Below are positions 1 through 29,347 of a stretch of DNA of 64,000 bases, piece after piece. Origin of the DNA: the human T2T-CHM13v2.0 reference genome, Homo sapiens; the NCBI RefSeq assembly GCF_009914755.1, contig NC_060931.1, one strand, 5' to 3'. The translations under genes were made by a program, and so were the position numbers. Each line of letters starts with the position of its first letter. Position 1 is the stretch's first letter. The notes under the pieces are model-generated. The model made no database searches. It worked only from the letters and a program-made list of their open reading frames with translations, and was not told where the DNA came from.

Positions 1-556
1 TTCTTGAGACAGAGTCTCACCCTGTCACCCAGGCTGGAGTGCAGTGGCACCGTCATGGCTCACTGCAGCCTTGAACTTCTGGGCTCAAGTGATCATCCTG
101 CCTCAGCCTCCTGAGTAGCCGGGATGACAGGTGCACACCACAATCCCTGAATAAATTTTTAGAGACAGAGTTTTGCCACGTTGCTCAGCTGGTCTTGAAC
201 CTCTGTGCTTAAGCAATCCTCCCGCCTCAGCCTCCCAAAGTGCTGGGATCACAGGCGTGAGCCACCGCTCCTGGCTGATTTTGTCATTTCTTGAAAATGA
301 GATTGGGAGCTCCCTGAGAAATCTCTTCATTTTACTTTTATGCATTCCTCATTAAACTAGTAGCCCAATGTTCACTACTTAGACAACCCCAACATTGGTT
401 ATAAATTATCTAAGCTAACAGTAAAAAGACTCAAAGGCGGCTGGGTGTGGTAGCTCATGCCTGTAATCCAGCACTTTGGGAGGCTGAGGTGGGTGGATCA
501 CCTGAGGTCAGGAGTTTGACACTAGCCTGGCCAACATGGTGAAACCCTGTCTCTAA

Positions 557-727
<171 letters not shown>

Positions 728-801
728 TGACATGGCAAAGGCAAAGCCCTATGTGAAATGGACACATTTGATATTTATGACACTTGCTATATAGCATTTG
801 A

Positions 802-978
802 TTATATATATACACACATATACTATATATGTATATATATACACACATATACTATATATGTATATATATACACACATATATGTATATGTGTATGTATATA
901 TTTATATACACACATATATATACATATGTGTGTATATATTTATATACACACACATATATATACGTATATGTGTATGTG

Positions 979-1020
<42 letters not shown>
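802..1020. repeat. Compound (TA)n/(CA)n/(TG)n microsatellite ending in a pure (CA)n run
   Basis: Seen directly; long alternating purine-pyrimidine tract. Confidence 0.97.
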
Positions 1021-1599
1021 GCATTGATTTTAAAATGCTTAGAAATAAAATCCCTGGCCGGGCATGTTGGCTCACACCTGTAATCCCAGCACTCTGGCAG
1101 GCCAAGGCAGGAAGATCACTTAAGCCAGGAGTTCAAGATTAGCCTGGGCAACATAGTGAGACCTCATCTCTACAAAACATAAACAAAATTAGATAGGTGT
1201 GGTGGCATGCGCCTGCAGTCCCAGCTACTCAGGAGGCTGAGATGGGAAGATCGCTTGGTCTGGGACGTTGAGGCTGCAATGAGCTGAGATTGCACCACTG
1301 CACTCCGGCCTAGGTGACAGAGCAAGAACCTGTCTCAAAAAATAAATAAAACCTCTGCTAGTCTCAGAAAATGACATTAATTCAGAGGAATAAAATGCTG
1401 TTGTGGTGTGGGATGCAGTGGCACACACCTGTAATCCCAGCTACCAAGGAGGCTGAGGCGGGAGGATCATTTGAGCCCAGAAGTTCAGGGCTGTGATAAG
1501 CTATGATCGCAACACTGCACTCCAGCCTGGGCAACATAGCAAGACCCTGTCTCCAAAAAATAAAAATAAATAAATAAATAAAAACAAAATGCTCTGATA

Positions 1600-2040
<441 letters not shown>

Positions 2041-2484
2041 ATAAAATGACATTAAAATCTTGGTTATGAGTTGTTGATGGTATTATTTGGGGAAATGAAA
2101 TCAACTTATTGAGCACACACCTAGGCTAAAAGGTGGTGCCCATCCTACGGGGATAAGGCATTGTTAAAAGTTTTAAAAGGTTTTTAGTTCCTTATTCACA
2201 ACTTTTCTTGGGTTTGCACAAAGTTGACAAAACAAGATTGAATGTGTTTTTATTACTTCATTTTTATCTTGTAATGAGAGTTGTTTTTGTTAACTCCTGT
2301 TTTAAATCTTATGTAGTTCGAAATCAGCTGTTTTTATTTTATTTTATTTATTTATTTTGTAGAGATGGGGTCTCACTATGTTGACCAGGCTGGTCTCAAA
2401 CTCCTGTGCTCAAGCCATCTTCCTGCCTCGACCTCCCAAAGTGTTGGGAATATAGGATGCATCAGCTGTCTAAAACAAAAGTAC

Positions 2485-2800
<316 letters not shown>

Positions 2801-2845
2801 AACAAAAGTACAACCTGAAAAAAAATTAGCACCCTTAATACATAC

Positions 2846-9042
<6,197 letters not shown>

Positions 9043-9618
9043 CGCTGGAAGAATTTTCCTCCTACAAGAAAAAAGATAAATGTATTTAAAGACATCAAAT
9101 AAAATTATGAAAAGATCCCACCTTGCCTACTAAGCCAATCTAATTTGTGTCAAAGTCAGTGCAGGCCACATAAGAGTGTTCTCACAGATTCATTTTTTTT
9201 TCCTTTTCTTTTTGTTTACTTCCCACACTACACCAGTTTCTTCTTTCTTTCTTTCTTTTTTTTTTTTTAGGTGGAGTCTTACTCTGTTGCCCAGGCTGGA
9301 GGGCAGTGGTACGATCTTGGCTTACTGCAACCTCCACCACTCAGGTTCAAGTGATTCTCCTGCCTCAGCCTCCTGAGTAGCTCAAATACCTGTGCCTCCT
9401 TGAAGCCGTCTTTCTTTTCTTTTAGATATATATATAGTTGTTTTTTTTTTTTTCTACCTAATTGTAGTGAGGAAGCAAGCATTAAAGCGGAGGTGTGAGG
9501 CCGGGCGCGGTGGCTCAGGCCTGTAATCCCAGGACTTTGGGAGGCTGAGGCGGGCGGATCACGAGGTCAGGAGATCCGAGAACATCCTGGCTAACACAGT
9601 GAAACCCTGTCTCTACTA

Positions 9619-9846
<228 letters not shown>

Positions 9847-10784
9847 TTAGCCTTATCTATGAAACAGGGCTTCAGACTGGGCACAGTGGCTCATCCCTGT
9901 AATCCCAGCACTTTGGGAGGCTAAGGCAGGAGGAGGATTGCTTGACGCCAGGAGTTCAAGACCAGCGTGGGCAACATAGAGAGACCAAGTCTCTACTAAA
10001 AATAATAATACAAAAAATTAGCTGAGCATAGTGGTGCACGCCTGTAATCCCAGCTACTTGGGAGACTGAAGCAGGAGAATTACTTGAACCCAGGAGGTAG
10101 AGCTGCAGTGAGCTGAGATCGTGCCACTGCACTCCAGCCTGGGCAACAGAGCAAGACCCTGACTCTAACTAAAAGAAAAAAAAAGAAGGCTTCAAGGAGG
10201 CACAAGTATTTGAGCTGAATCTGACAGGTAAGTGGCCCTCTGAGTGGGTTGTCAAAGGGCAGGGCATCGATTTGGCATGTGCTGGGAGGAGAGGGAGCGG
10301 GGGTGGAGACAAGGAGGGAGGCTTGTGATGGCAGAGCGAGGAGTGTGAGCAAAGACAAGGAGAAGGAAGCAGATGACCTGCTGGAAGCTACCCTATGGCT
10401 TGGCCCAGGGGCCTGGCTGTGCATCAGGAATTCAGACTAAGCAGGTCCTAGGGCCAGGCTAAGGAGTTTAGACTTTAACTTCCAGATACTGGGAAAGGCT
10501 TTAAGCCTCAGAAAAAAGGTCAGAGCTAAATATGAGGGCTAAACATACACAATGTCGCCAATGTACAGGGGCTAGTTGAAGACATGGTCTGATTAAAGTC
10601 CAGGAAGAGGCTGGGCGCGGTGGCTCACGCCTGTAATCCCAGCACTCTGGGAGGCTGAGGCGGGAGCATCACTTGAAGCCAGGAGTTCAAGACCATCCTG
10701 GCCAACATGGCAAAACCCCATCTCTACTAAAAAACTAAAAATTAGCCGGGCAGGATGGCGTGCACCTGTAGTCCCAGCTACTCA

Positions 10785-10889
<105 letters not shown>

Positions 10890-11652
10890 TCAAGAAAAGA
10901 AAAAATCATAAAAATAAAGTCCAGGGAGAATAGAGAGAGGGAGAAGAAAAGAGTGCTAAGGACAGAGCCTGCAGGACCACCACCTTTATGTCCTGACTTG
11001 AGCCTGGGAAGGAGAAGGAAAATGGTGAAGGTACAGGAAGAAACTCTGGAAGCCACACTGCTACAGAAGCTGCAGAGGACAGAGAGTCAAAACAAATTTT
11101 TTTTTTTTTAGACAAGTTCTCACTCTGTCACCCATGCTGGAGTGCAGTGGTACAATCATGACTCACTGCAGCCTCCAAATCCAGGGCTCAAGTGATCCTC
11201 CTGCCTCAGTCTCCCAAGTAGCTGGGACTACAGGTGCGCACCACTATGCTTGGCTAATTTATAAATTTTTTTTTGAAGAGATGGGGGTCTTGCTATGTTG
11301 CCCAGAATGGTCTTCAACTCCTGGACTCAAGCAATCCTCCCACCTAGGTCTCCCAAATTGCTGGGATTACAGGCATGAGCCCCCATGCCTGGCCTTTATT
11401 TTTTAGAAAATCTTTGGACTAGAATTAGGATGAAAGGGACCCTCAAGATTGCCTAGACCAGCCTCCTATCAGAGACTAATATGTCATATACAAGGCTACA
11501 CAGATGATGTAAGTAATCTATATTTAGAATAGACTGCAGTTAAAAACAGACTCAAAGCAGTTGAACAACCCACTGCTCAACTGATTTCCAACCAATGCAG
11601 TTGGCAGAATAAGGCCATTTTAAGTTGACCTGGAAAAAAAAATATTTTAAGT

Positions 11653-13132
<1,480 letters not shown>

Positions 13133-14739
13133 TAGAGCCTCACTCTGTCACCCAGGCTGGAGTGCAGTGGTGCAATCTCAGCTCACTGCAACCTCTGCCT
13201 CCCTGGCTCAGCCTCCTGAGCAGCTGGGACTACAGGCAGGCATGATATCTGGCTAATTTTTTGTATTTTTAGTAGAGATGGTGTTTTACCATGTTGCCCA
13301 AGGGTGGTCTCAAACTTTTGGGCTAAAATGATCCATGCGACTCAGCCTCCCAAAGTGCTGGAACTACAGGCGTGAGCAACTGCGCCTGGTGACACACACA
13401 ATTTATGGCTCAAGGAATACTAAGGACTTTTTTTTTTTTGAGACGGAGTCTTGCTCTGTCACCCAGGCTGGAGTGTAGTGCAGTGGTGCAATCTCGACTC
13501 ACTGCAACCTCCCCATCCCGGGTTCAAGCAATTCTCCTCCCTCAGCGTTCTGAGTAGTTGAGACTATAGGCACGTGCCACCACATCCAGCTAAGTTTTGT
13601 ATTTTGAGTAGAGACAAGGTTTCACCATGTTGCCCAGGCTGGTCTCGAATTCCTGACCTCAGGCAATCCACCTGCCTTGGCCTCCCAAAAGTGCTGGGAT
13701 TATAGGCATGAGCCACCGCACCCGGCCTATGTCATGTGTTTTTTTATTCCTCTACACCATTTCAAATGCTGCTCCTCTGCCTGGAATCACCATATCCCCC
13801 ATGTCATGAAGAAAGTCCTACTTCTTCACCGTGCAGATCAAGTGGCCTCCCTTATACCACATTATTTCCTCCCCATCAACCCAGAAAATCAGTCAATCAC
13901 TCCAGTTGAATTATCTTCTATCTCTGCACCCAGCACCCAATAGGTGTTAGTTAAATGTTTCATGAATTAAATATTTTATGAATTAAATAGAGTTGAACCT
14001 AAGCAGTTATTAAGAACTCAACAAGGGGCCGGCTGCAGTGGCTCACACTTGTAATCTCAGCACTTTGGGAGGCTGAAGCAGGAGGATCACTTGAGGTCAG
14101 GAGTTCGAGACCCGCCTGGCCAACATGGTGAAACCCCATCTCTACTAAAAATACAAAAATTAGCCGGGCATGGTGGCAGGCACCTGTAATCCCAGCTACT
14201 TGGGACGGAGAGGCGGGAGAACCGCTTGAATCTGGGAGGTGGAGACATGGAGATTGCAGTAAGCCGAGATTGCACCACTGCACTGCACTGCAGCCTGGGT
14301 GACAGAGCGAGACTCCATCTCAAAAAAAAAAAAAAAAAAAAAGAACTCAACAAGGGCCAGCATGGTGGCTGATGCCTGTTCCCAGGACTTTGGGCAGCCA
14401 AGACAGGTGATTGCTTAAGGCTAGGAGTTTGAGACCAGCCTGGCCAACATGGTGAAACCCTGTCTCTATTAAAAAAAAAAAGATAAAAAATAAAAAGAAA
14501 CCAGTCATTTGGCTTTGGTCCAGCAGAAATCAAGCTAATTCATACTACATGCCCAGGCAGGCTCACTGTAAAGACCTTGAAGTCAGCAGGTCTATCAGCA
14601 GAGTAGCAGCACTTACTGTAGTGCAAGTCCACTAAGAATGGAGAATGAACCATAGGTGAGTGAAGAGGAAGCCAGAAACAGACAAATGGTGTAAGAGGAG
14701 CTAAAATGAGGTAAGTGGGATAAGCTAAAGAACTTTTTA

Positions 14740-14994
<255 letters not shown>

Positions 14995-15411
14995 CTATTG
15001 CACCCCAGCCTGGGCAACAAGAGCAAAACTCTGTCTCAAAAACAAAAAAAAAAAAAAAAGAAGATGCATGAGGCAACATAACATAACTAAGAATGGGCAA
15101 TGCTCCTGAGAATGACTGATGGACACCAGAATCTCAAAGCCAGTCCCCAGGGACCCTGACACAAGACCCAAAGAGGAATGCATAATGCATGGGTGCCATC
15201 TTCAAGAGGTTTCCAGTCTTGTCGAAATGATTAGACAAATAATTACTGGCCATGTTTGAAAAACCAGTTACTTTGGCCGGGAGCGGTGGCTCACGCCTGT
15301 AATCCCAGCACTTTGGGAGGCCAAGGCAGGCGAATCACAAGGTCAGGAGTTCGAGACCACCCTGGCCAAAAGTACAAAAATTAGTCAGGTGCCTGTAATC
15401 CCAGCTACTCA

Positions 15412-15516
<105 letters not shown>

Positions 15517-16221
15517 TCAAAAAAAAAAAAAAAAGGCCAACCAGGTACTTGAACCTCTTTCCAACCACTGACACTAGCAATAGTTTCAATGAGATTGGCC
15601 GAGTGCAGTGGCTCACACTTGTAATAATCCCAGCACTTTGGGAGGCTAAGACAGCAGGATCACTTGAGCCCAGGAGTTTGAGATCAGTTCTCGAGAACAC
15701 AGTAAGATTCTTTCTCTAAAAAAAAAAAAAAAAAAAAAAAAAGTGGGGCATGGTGGTGCATGCCTGTGGTCCCAGACAGTCAAGAGCCTGTGGTGGGAGG
15801 ATGGCTTGAGTCCAGGAGTTCAAGGGTGCAGTGAGGCCACAGCACTCCAGCCTGGGTGACAGAGTGAGACCCTGCCTCAAAAAAAAAAAAAAGCAAGACC
15901 ATCAGCCTTGAGTTTGAAAGGAAAGGTACATTTCCTCCACTAAAAGTGAGAACTGATTTACACATCCCCAGCTGAACATTAGGCCTGACTTACAGCTCAG
16001 AATTGTTGACACCTGCCTCCTGGGTTGTAATGTGGTCCCAAGGAGAAAACAGAATATTTTTGGCTTTTTTTAGAGACAAGGTCTCACTCTGTTGCCCACA
16101 CTGGAGTGCCAATGGTATAATCATAGCTCACTGTGGCCTCAACCTCCTAGGTGAAGTGATCCTCCTGCCTCAGCCTCCTGAGTAGCAGAGACCACAGGCA
16201 CGCACCACCACACCCAGCTAA

Positions 16222-16546
<325 letters not shown>

Positions 16547-16646
16547 GGCAGCAGAGCAAACTCGGCCACAGCTCCTTTTAGCTCTTCCCATCCTGCTCTG
16601 CAAAATGGTGCACCTCCCTGTACACTTTTGATTTCCTCCTTCTTAA

Positions 16647-16766
<120 letters not shown>

Positions 16767-18269
16767 TGAGTAGCTGGAATTACAGGCGCCTGCCACCACG
16801 CCTGGCTAATTCTTCTGTATTTTTAGTAGAGATGGGGTTTCACCATATTGGCCAGGCTGGTCTCAAACTCCTGACCTCAAGTGATTCACCTGCCTCGGCC
16901 TCCCAAAGTGCTGGGATGACAGGTGTGAGCCACCAAGCCTGGCCAATTTCCTCCTCTTTTCATTGTCTCCACCAGGAGTGACTCACAATCTATGCGTATT
17001 TAAAATTCTCGTGGCTATAGGGGGAAAAAGTCTGCTGAGTAAGGTCAGTTGCTTCAAAGTAAATTGTGTACATTAGAATTCCACACACAGAAAAATCATT
17101 GCCAGAGAATGGACTCTGGATTCTTCGTATTTGGCTCTAACAGGGAGGGAGAGGGCAGGGCCAGGGTAGAAGACATGCCGGTGGGAAGGTCTATTCTCAG
17201 ATTCTCAGACACAGCAGCTCCCAGGTCCCATCCGGACCACTGCCTTCTGCAGCTCAGAACAGAACTTCTGCCTGGCTGGCCCCAGCTAGTTCATCTCTTG
17301 GCAAGCAAAGGACCAACTGATTAAAAAAAAAAAAAAAAAAAAAAAGCCACTGCTGACAAGGCCTTCTCATCCCTAGTTCCAAAGTACAAAAGCAAGCTTT
17401 CCTGCAGGGCCAGCCTTCGGAGGTCTGATTTTGGATAAGAGGAAAAATTTCCTTGCCCAAAGAAATGCTTTCCCAACTTCTCAATCTCTGTATCTTTCAA
17501 GAGGCTTCTAAGATCACCTTACTTCCTTCACCTTGTTAGGACTGACCTCTTATCTTCACCTGTGTAAGAAAAAATAAAAGCCTGTACAGAGTTGTGAAGG
17601 TCATGCATAGTTGCGAGAACCAAGCTTATTTGCTTTGGTAGTAGGGATAAATTTGTTCAGGTCCCCGGGCATTGAAAGAGTACAAAGTATAGCCGGGCGT
17701 GGGGAGGCTGAGGCAGGAGAATTGCTTGGACCTGGGAGGCAGAGGTTGCAGTGAGCCGAGATTGTGCCACACTGCAGTCTAGCCTGGGCGACAGAGCGAG
17801 ACTCCATCTCAAAAAAAAAAAAAGAAAAAAAAAAAAAGAATACACAGTAGATTCTGAAAAGGTTCTGAATCAGAGGAGAGTCAAAGAGGTTCCCTGTAAC
17901 AAGGGCTGGGATCCCCAGCACATGCACTTACACTATATTTTATTTTATCTTTTGTTTAGAGATGGAGTCCTGCTCTGTCACTCAGGCCGGAGTGCAGTGG
18001 TATGATTTTGGCTCACTGCAATCTCTGCTTCCTGGGTTCAAGTGATTCTCATGCCTCAGCCTCCCGAATAGCTGGGATCAGAAGTGTGCGCCACCACACC
18101 CAGGTAATTTTTGTATTTTTAGTGGAGATGGGGTTTCACCATGTTGGACAGGCTAGTCTTGAACTCCTGACCTCAGGAGTTCTGCTCACCTCGGCCTCCC
18201 AAAGTGCTGGGAGCTCACCTCGGCCTCCCAAGGTGTGAGCCACCATGCCCGGCCTAAAAAAAAAAGCCA

Positions 18270-19265
<996 letters not shown>

Positions 19266-19760
19266 GATATGTAATATAACCAGCTATTCTGGGAAGCTGA
19301 GATCTTCTGCATGCCACATAGTTGACATCAATTTTTAAAATTCAGGTGAGGAGTAAACTGCTGGCCGGGTGCAGTGGCTCACGCCTGTAATCCCAGTACT
19401 TTGGGAGGCCGAGGTGGATGGATGACCTGAGGTCAGGAGTTCGAGACCAGCCTGGCTAACATGGCAAAACCCTGTCTCTACTAAACATACAAAAATTAGC
19501 CAGGTGTGGTGGCCCACACCTGTAATCCCAACTACTCAGGAGGCTGAGACAGGAGATATCACTTGAACCCAGGAGGTGGAGGTTGCAGTAAGCCAAGATT
19601 GCGCCACTGCACTCCAGCCTAGGCGACAAAGCAAGACTCTGTCTCAAAAAAGAGTAAACTGCTAGCAGATAGACAAACGTGTAACAGTTCAATGCGTAAA
19701 AAACATTACAATGACAGCAAAAAACCAAAACAAAACCAAGAAAAGGCAAATCAGACTCAC

Positions 19761-19886
19761 GTTTCTCCAGTGCTAGATTTCTAGGAGACGACACTCTTCT
19801 GTTCCTTCCCTAGATAAAAACGCAGCACAAAGTTCTGTCTACAGATTTCCTCAAGAAAGACCTGTGGATTCTGCAAGAGCAAGAGC
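19761..19886 (-). other. PSPH: PSPH 5'-UTR exon 3 (126 nt)
   Basis: Pyrimidine tract TTCTCTCTTTCTAG|G and donor AC|GTGAGT in unique sequence between Alus; size agrees with my recollection of the reference transcript. Confidence 0.8.
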
Positions 19887-21565
19887 CTAGAAAGAGAGAA
19901 TGAGGAAATGAACATCGAAGTCCATACACAAAACAGGAAAGAGGGAGACTGGCTTCACTCTCTCTCCTGGCGGGACTGGCACAAAAATGGGTCAGAGGCA
20001 AAATTTCCTAAGACTGCTTCCTCTGGGAAATGCTTTACTCCTACCCACCTTCAAGCACTGTAGAGTCAACATACTCTTCTATGGCTTCAATTCTGCAAGG
20101 TTCAAGTCTGATAGGAAATCATGTACACCTGATTAGCAGGGTACAAAGACAAGGGAGAGGGAAAGAGAATCTCTTAGGAGAACTAAATGCAGAGACAAGG
20201 AAGCAGACTTGGGCGGGCATGATGGCTCACACCTGTAATCCCAGCACTTTGGGAGGCTAAGGCGGGCGGATCACGAGGTCAGATCAGGACCATCCTGGCT
20301 AACATGGCGAAACCACGTCTCTACCAAAAATACAAAAAAAATTTAGCCAGGCATGCTACTGGGCACCTGTAGTCCCAGCTACTCGGGAGGCTGAGGAGGG
20401 GGGAATGGCATGAACCCAGGAGGCAGAGCTTGCAGTGAGCTGAGATCGTGCCACTGCACTTCAGCCTGGGTGACAGAGCGAGTCTCAAAAAAAAAAAAAA
20501 AGGCCGGGCATGGGGACTCACACCTGTAATCCCAGCACTTCGGGAGGCCGAGGAGGGAGGACTGCTTGAGCCCAGGAGTTCAAGATAAGCCTGGGCAACA
20601 TAGTGAAATGCCATCTCCACAAAAAATAAAATAAATGAGCCAGGCATGGTGGTGCGTATTTGTAGTCCCAGCTACTTGGGAGGCTGAGGCAGGAGTTTGG
20701 GCTCAGGAGTTTGAGATTCCAATGAGCTATGATTGCACCGCTGCACTCTAGCCTGGGTGACCAAGTGAGACCCTGTCTCTTAAAAAAAAAAAAAAGAAGG
20801 AAGGAAAGGAGGGTAGGTATCAGGCATATATTAAATCATTTGAAAATTTTAAAAGTCCTGACTACTTTGTTTCACCGACATGAAAGTGACAGGGCTATAT
20901 GGTCATGATATTGAAAACCTACCCGGCACGGTAATACAGAAATCTTGGATTTTATTATTTTCCTCCCTGATCCTCATTCCAATATCAGTCATCAAATATT
21001 TAAAAAGTAATAATATGCAAATCATACATAAAGAAAATATAGTGACCAGGTACAGTGGTCATGCCTGTAATCCCAGCACTTTGGGAGGCAGAGGTGGAGG
21101 CAGGTGGATCGCTTGAGGCCAGGAGTTTGAGACCAGCCTGGCTAACATGGTGAAACCCTGTCTCTACTAAAAATACAAAAATTAAAAAATTAGTTAGGCA
21201 TGATGGTGGGTACCCAGATACTCAGGAGGCTGAGGCAGGAGAATCCCTTGAACCCTGTAGGCGGAGGTTGAAGTGAGCCGAGATCACACCACTGCACTCC
21301 AGCCTGGGCGACAGAACGAGACTCTGTCTGAAAAAAAAAAAAATAAATAAAAATAAAAAAAGAAAAGAAAATATAATAAATATATTTAATGAATGAAAGC
21401 ATGATTTATTTAATTCCCAACTTAAGGCTGTATCGTTATAACAATGTATCTGGTAAGTACTTATTTTAAAATTCTAATTCTAATGGGAAAGAAGACAAAG
21501 TCGGACACTTCAACTCTGAGTTTGGGGATTGTTCCAATCTTGCACTAAGGGTGCTCCTGTGTAGG

Positions 21566-21574
21566 ATTGCATCA
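21566..21574 (-). promoter_or_regulatory. C/EBP-ATF (ATF4) response element TGATGCAAT
   Basis: ATTGCATCA on the + strand is a perfect CARE/AARE consensus in unique sequence; PSPH is an established ATF4 target. Confidence 0.65.
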
Positions 21575-21639
21575 TTCATTCATGCTGTTTGGCAACAGGC
21601 AGCTGCTGTAAGATTAGACAAGTGAAGCTACCCAAAAAA

Positions 21640-22529
<890 letters not shown>

Positions 22530-22556
22530 TAATAGAGACGGGGTTTCACCGTGTTA

Positions 22557-22652
<96 letters not shown>

Positions 22653-23360
22653 CTACTTATATTCTTAATTAAAATGCAACCATGAGTAACAAAATGAGAG
22701 TCTTTGCACCTTACTTTTATTTTTAATTTTTATTTATGTTTTTAAATAGAGATGGGGGGGGGTCTCACTGTGTTTCCCAGGCTGGGCTCAAACACCTGGG
22801 CTCAAGCGATCCTTCCTCCTTGGCCTCCCAAAGTGTTGGGATTACAGATGTGAGATACCGCGCCCGGCCTATTTCTTTTTAAAAATTTTCTGGCCAGGCG
22901 CGGTGGCTCAAGCATGTAATCCCAGCACTTTGGGAGGCTGAGGCAAGCGGATCACCTGAGGTCAGGAGTTCGAGACCAGCCTGGCCAACATGGCAAAACT
23001 CCATCTCCAGCAAAAATACAAAAATTAGCGGGGCATGGTGGTGCATGCCTGTAGTCCCGGCTACTTGGTAGGCTGAGGCAGGAGAATTGCTTGAACCCGG
23101 GTGGGGGGAGGAGGTTGCAGTGAACCAAGATCGTGCCACTGCACTACAGCCTGAGCAACAGAGTGAAACTCCGTTTAAAAAAAAAATTATTCCATGTGTC
23201 ACTTGCCCAGCTCCTTGTATGTTAACTACAACAAATAAGGGGTGTTTCCCCCAAACATTTACCACTGGAGTTAGCTGGCTGGAGCTGGGCATTGAGATCC
23301 ACTCAAAAACATAACCTGAAACCTCAAAGGCTGACAGTCTGCACTCCAGGCTCACTCTAA

Positions 23361-23765
<405 letters not shown>

Positions 23766-23875
23766 TAAAAAGCATAATAGGCCGGGCACCTTGGCTCACG
23801 CCTGTAATCTCAGCACTTTGGGAGGCCGAGGTGGGTGTATCATCTGAGGCCAGGAGTTCAAGACTAGCCTGGCTA

Positions 23876-24148
<273 letters not shown>

Positions 24149-24286
24149 TTATTTTGTTTGAGGTGAAAAGAAACTCAAGTAAGTAAATGTGGAAGGCTAG
24201 AAGAGTTAACTTATGCTATTATTTGTATTTCATAAATGTTTAATATTAAGTATTCTTTAAAATATTAAATATTCTTAAAAATTTCA

Positions 24287-24472
<186 letters not shown>

Positions 24473-24636
24473 TTAGTTAATTAATTAAAATCTGCCACCT
24501 CTTCATGGTCCTGGAATCCACCTCATATTCACACCTATATTGATACTTGTGAGCATGAGATGGCTGTATTGTAGACATTGTTTTGCTAGAGCACATCACA
24601 TTAAAATATATATATATAGTTGCCTAGAAGACACTA

Positions 24637-25101
<465 letters not shown>

Positions 25102-25216
25102 TTACTGGAATAATAGCACATAAGAACCAAATACAATACAGCATAATGAAGGTGTAATAAAAATATTAGCAAATTATTTTGCAAAGTTTTAATCACAATT
25201 GGTTAGTCAAAAGTAA

Positions 25217-25754
<538 letters not shown>

Positions 25755-26109
25755 TAGGCTGGTCTTGAACCCCTGGCCTCAGGTGATCCACTCGCCTTGG
25801 CCTCCCAAAGTGCTGGGATTACAAGAGTGAGCCACCGTGCCCAGCCACAAATTTTCTCATGGCTAATTATATTAGAATCATGTACTCTTTTTATAAGTCA
25901 TTCAGTGCTAATAGCCTTCTAAAGTATAGTAAATTGGAACAAGCCCTCCGGAAAACAATATGGTGTTATTCAGTAACATTGAACACATGCGGCCAGGTGC
26001 GGTGGCTCACACCTGTAATCCCAGCACTTTGGGAGGCCGAGGAGGGCAGATCACAAAGTCAGGAGATGGAAACCATCCTGGCTAACACGGTGAAACCCCG
26101 TCTCTACTA

Positions 26110-26400
<291 letters not shown>

Positions 26401-27390
26401 TCATGCTTCTAATCCTAGCACTTTGGGAGGCCTAGGTGGGAGGATCACTTGAGCCCAGGAGTTCAAGACCACCCTGGGCAACATACTAAGACCTAATCTG
26501 TACAAAAAATAAACAAAATTAGCTGGACGTGCACACACCTCGAGGCACACACCTCGAATCCCAGGTACTTGGGAGGCTGAGGTGGGAGGATGGCTTGAGC
26601 CTGGGAGGTTGAGGCTGTGCTAAGATCACGCCACTGCACTCCAGCCTGGGTGACAGAGTGAGACTCCGTCCCCCAAAAAAAAGAAAAAAATGAGGCTGGG
26701 TGCAGTGGCTCACACCTGTAATCACAGCACTTTGAGAGGCTGAGGCGGGCAGATCACCTGAGGTCAGGAGTTCAAGACCAGCCTGACCAACATGGAGAAA
26801 CCCCGTCTCCACTAAAAATACAAAATTAGCTGGGTGTAGTGGTGCATACCTGTAATCCTAGTTACTCAGGAGGCCAAGGCAAGATAATCGCTTGAACCCG
26901 GGAGGCGGAACCCGGGAGGCGGAGACCTGTGATCATGCCATTGCATACCCGCCCGGGAAACAAGAACAAAACTCTGTCTCAAAAAAAAAAAAAAAAAAAA
27001 TGACACATATATAAGAATTCTCACAGCAGTACTGTGAACATTCTCAGTTACTGTGATGCTCCAATAGCCACTGGAAACTTTAAAAAGAGACTATCATTTA
27101 ATGTCATAAATGATAATTTACAACATAAAATTCAGGACAGTAGTTACTTCTGAAAGTAAGAAAGGAAATGAGATTGAGAAAAGGTATGTAGTTAATCAAT
27201 GATATTATAATAATTTTCCTTTAAGTAGGATGGTAGGTATACGGATGCTTTTTATATCTGTGTGTATAAAATATTTGCTAACAATTGTAATATTTCTTAT
27301 CAATACGTTAAATACCAATACATTGCTGGCCGGGCACGGTGGCTCACACCTGTAATCCCAGCACTTTGGGAGGCCAAGGCAGGCAGATCA

Positions 27391-27708
<318 letters not shown>

Positions 27709-27711
27709 TCA

Positions 27712-27951
<240 letters not shown>

Positions 27952-28737
27952 TTAAAATAATATAAATGTCTTGAAAGAACACAGTGAACACAGTTTGAAA
28001 TGTGATTTAATATAAACATTGGCATTCAAAATAAGTCATACCATGGAAATATGCCCATGATATGTTCACATGAATAAAGGAAGTTGAAGAACGTATATAT
28101 CGTTTGAGCCATTTTTGAACAAAGAAATCTCTATGTGTGTCTATATCCAGGTATGATATATGGTTATATATCTATGTCTATATATCTATATAAAAAAGGA
28201 AACATTATTCATTTATTTATTTACTTATTTATTTTTATTTTTTTGGGACAGGGTCTGGCTCTGTCTCTGTCCAGGCTGGAGTTCCGTGGTGTAATCTCAA
28301 CACACTACAATCTCTGCCTTCTGGGTTCAAGCGATGGGATTTTGGTGTGAGCTATTTTTAATCTTATAATGGAAAAAGTGGGAGAAATTTATATTACAAA
28401 GCGATATGATTATAGTATAAGAACTGTGGCAATATTTGACTGAATTGTCCCCTTCCTCCTCCTAGAAATTATGCAAAGTGATAGGGAGATATGGTGGTGA
28501 GGGGGGGAATGAGGCAGAAATCCCATATTCAACGAAACTAGAAGACAAAAAGTCACTGGAAACTCCAAGACCTGCACAAGGCCTACCAAAGTTACATGGG
28601 AAGAGGCACATGCAGATCCCGGAAAACACCAGCAAAAACAGACTCTCTGAAGATGAGCTGTTCATGACACAGTGCAAAAATGTGTTGTTTGAAACAAGCA
28701 GAGCAGAGCAGGGATACAAAGAACTGAGGGCAAGCCT

Positions 28738-29327
<590 letters not shown>

Positions 29328-29347
29328 TGAGCCACCTAGTCTGGCCT

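Noticed and set aside
758-1142. Tyr/Ile/His/Thr-rich ORFs
   Set aside because: Artefact of the stop-poor (TA)/(CA) microsatellite.
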